Shown piece by piece: positions 63,501-64,000 of a DNA stretch of 64,000 nucleotides; position 1 is the first letter of the stretch; every line of letters begins with the position of its first letter. Under the pieces are notes generated by a model, which saw only the letters and a list, made by a program, of their open reading frames with translations, was not told the origin of the DNA and ran no database searches. The translations under genes were made by a program, and so were the position numbers. Source of the stretch: Mobula hypostoma (lineage: Eukaryota); NCBI RefSeq assembly GCF_963921235.1, contig NC_086108.1, positions 19,654,001 through 19,718,000 on the forward strand. The letters run 5' to 3'.

Positions 63501-64000
63501 TAACCTTATTTAAGTGCAATGTTGGTCATTGTGACTTTATCTAATTTCCATGCCTCTCTGAGTTGGAAGAGAAAGAAAGAATACCAAATGATCTTCAAGT
63601 GTATTGTGTCCACCTGGATGAGTTACATAAAGACATGACAGAAAGATTTCAAGATCTTTTCTTGATCCAAATTCCAGATTGGGTAATAAATCTATTCCTG
63701 TACACTTGTAATGAGGAATTTACAAGAAGGATCGAGGAAGAACAGATCTTGCTAAAGTCAAAAACAATCATATCAAGACTTTTGGTTTCTGAATGCTATT
63801 CTGCACTGGTGGAGTGGGTGGGGGAGGTCAAGATGTTTTTTATTGCCTTTCCAACATCATATTTAGGGAAGCAGTTTCAAAGCAGTTGCTCAACTTCTTT
63901 CAAAGCAACAAAACAGACTGGAAATGATTGAAGATGGGGATCTGAGATGGTTTCTGAGTGACATTCAGCCTGATGTCACTGCACCAAGCCCATCCATCTC
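60534..64000 (+). mobile_element. hAT (Buster/Charlie, ZBED8-like) transposase pseudogene split by a CR1; runs to the window end
   Basis: KCRPYSVEYLKYGF...QPM...CE...MKP...EHLK (BED finger), KPHTMGE|ELILPA across the insertion, LLLHTEVRLLSKGNCL, LQGNDVKLIKVKS, FPTSYL and HQAHPS. Many frameshifts. Confidence 0.88.
60892..62692 (+). mobile_element. CR1 LINE nested in the hAT transposase
   Basis: ORFs 61092-61457, 61466-61861 and 61809-62525 with FADD and RPHLEYC; (TTATGG)2 tail. Confidence 0.95.

Noticed and set aside
60534..64000. Domesticated ZBED8/SCAND3-like host gene
   Set aside because: Numerous frameshifts and stops plus a LINE insertion make it a transposon relic.
9151..64000. Further Notch exons (EGF2 onward)
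   Set aside because: No Cys-spaced EGF pattern with splice sites was seen by eye; very short exons could have been missed.

Overview
This is vertebrate genomic DNA, not prokaryotic. The repeat content (HE1-like V-SINEs, abundant CR1 LINEs, Penelope-derived hairpins) suggests a cartilaginous fish, probably a ray, though that is an inference. The only host coding sequence I can support is one 82-bp exon (9069-9150, +) encoding the first EGF-like repeat of a Notch receptor, best matching NOTCH2 exon 2. The whole window is therefore probably intron 1, exon 2 and a >54 kb intron 2 of notch2. The introns are filled with decayed and often nested mobile elements: about 11 CR1 fragments, Rex1/Babar-like and RTE-X-like LINE ends, V-SINEs, an RTE/BovB-tailed tRNA-SINE, a full-length but decayed Gypsy LTR element with a CR1 inside gag, Tc1, Tigger/pogo, two hAT (Buster/Charlie) relics and several MITEs. 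No TE ORF is intact, and most ORF-track entries are antisense shadows or noise. Three signals stand out: (i) a nearly complete type III hammerhead ribozyme fold on the minus strand at 41270-41337; (ii) short Penelope-derived units, two of them palindromic, that carry minimal type I hammerhead motifs and have their own 8-15 bp target-site duplications; (iii) a 3x41-bp chimeric LINE-tail/target triplication. All assignments were made by eye and no database searches were run. Boundaries of old elements are approximate.
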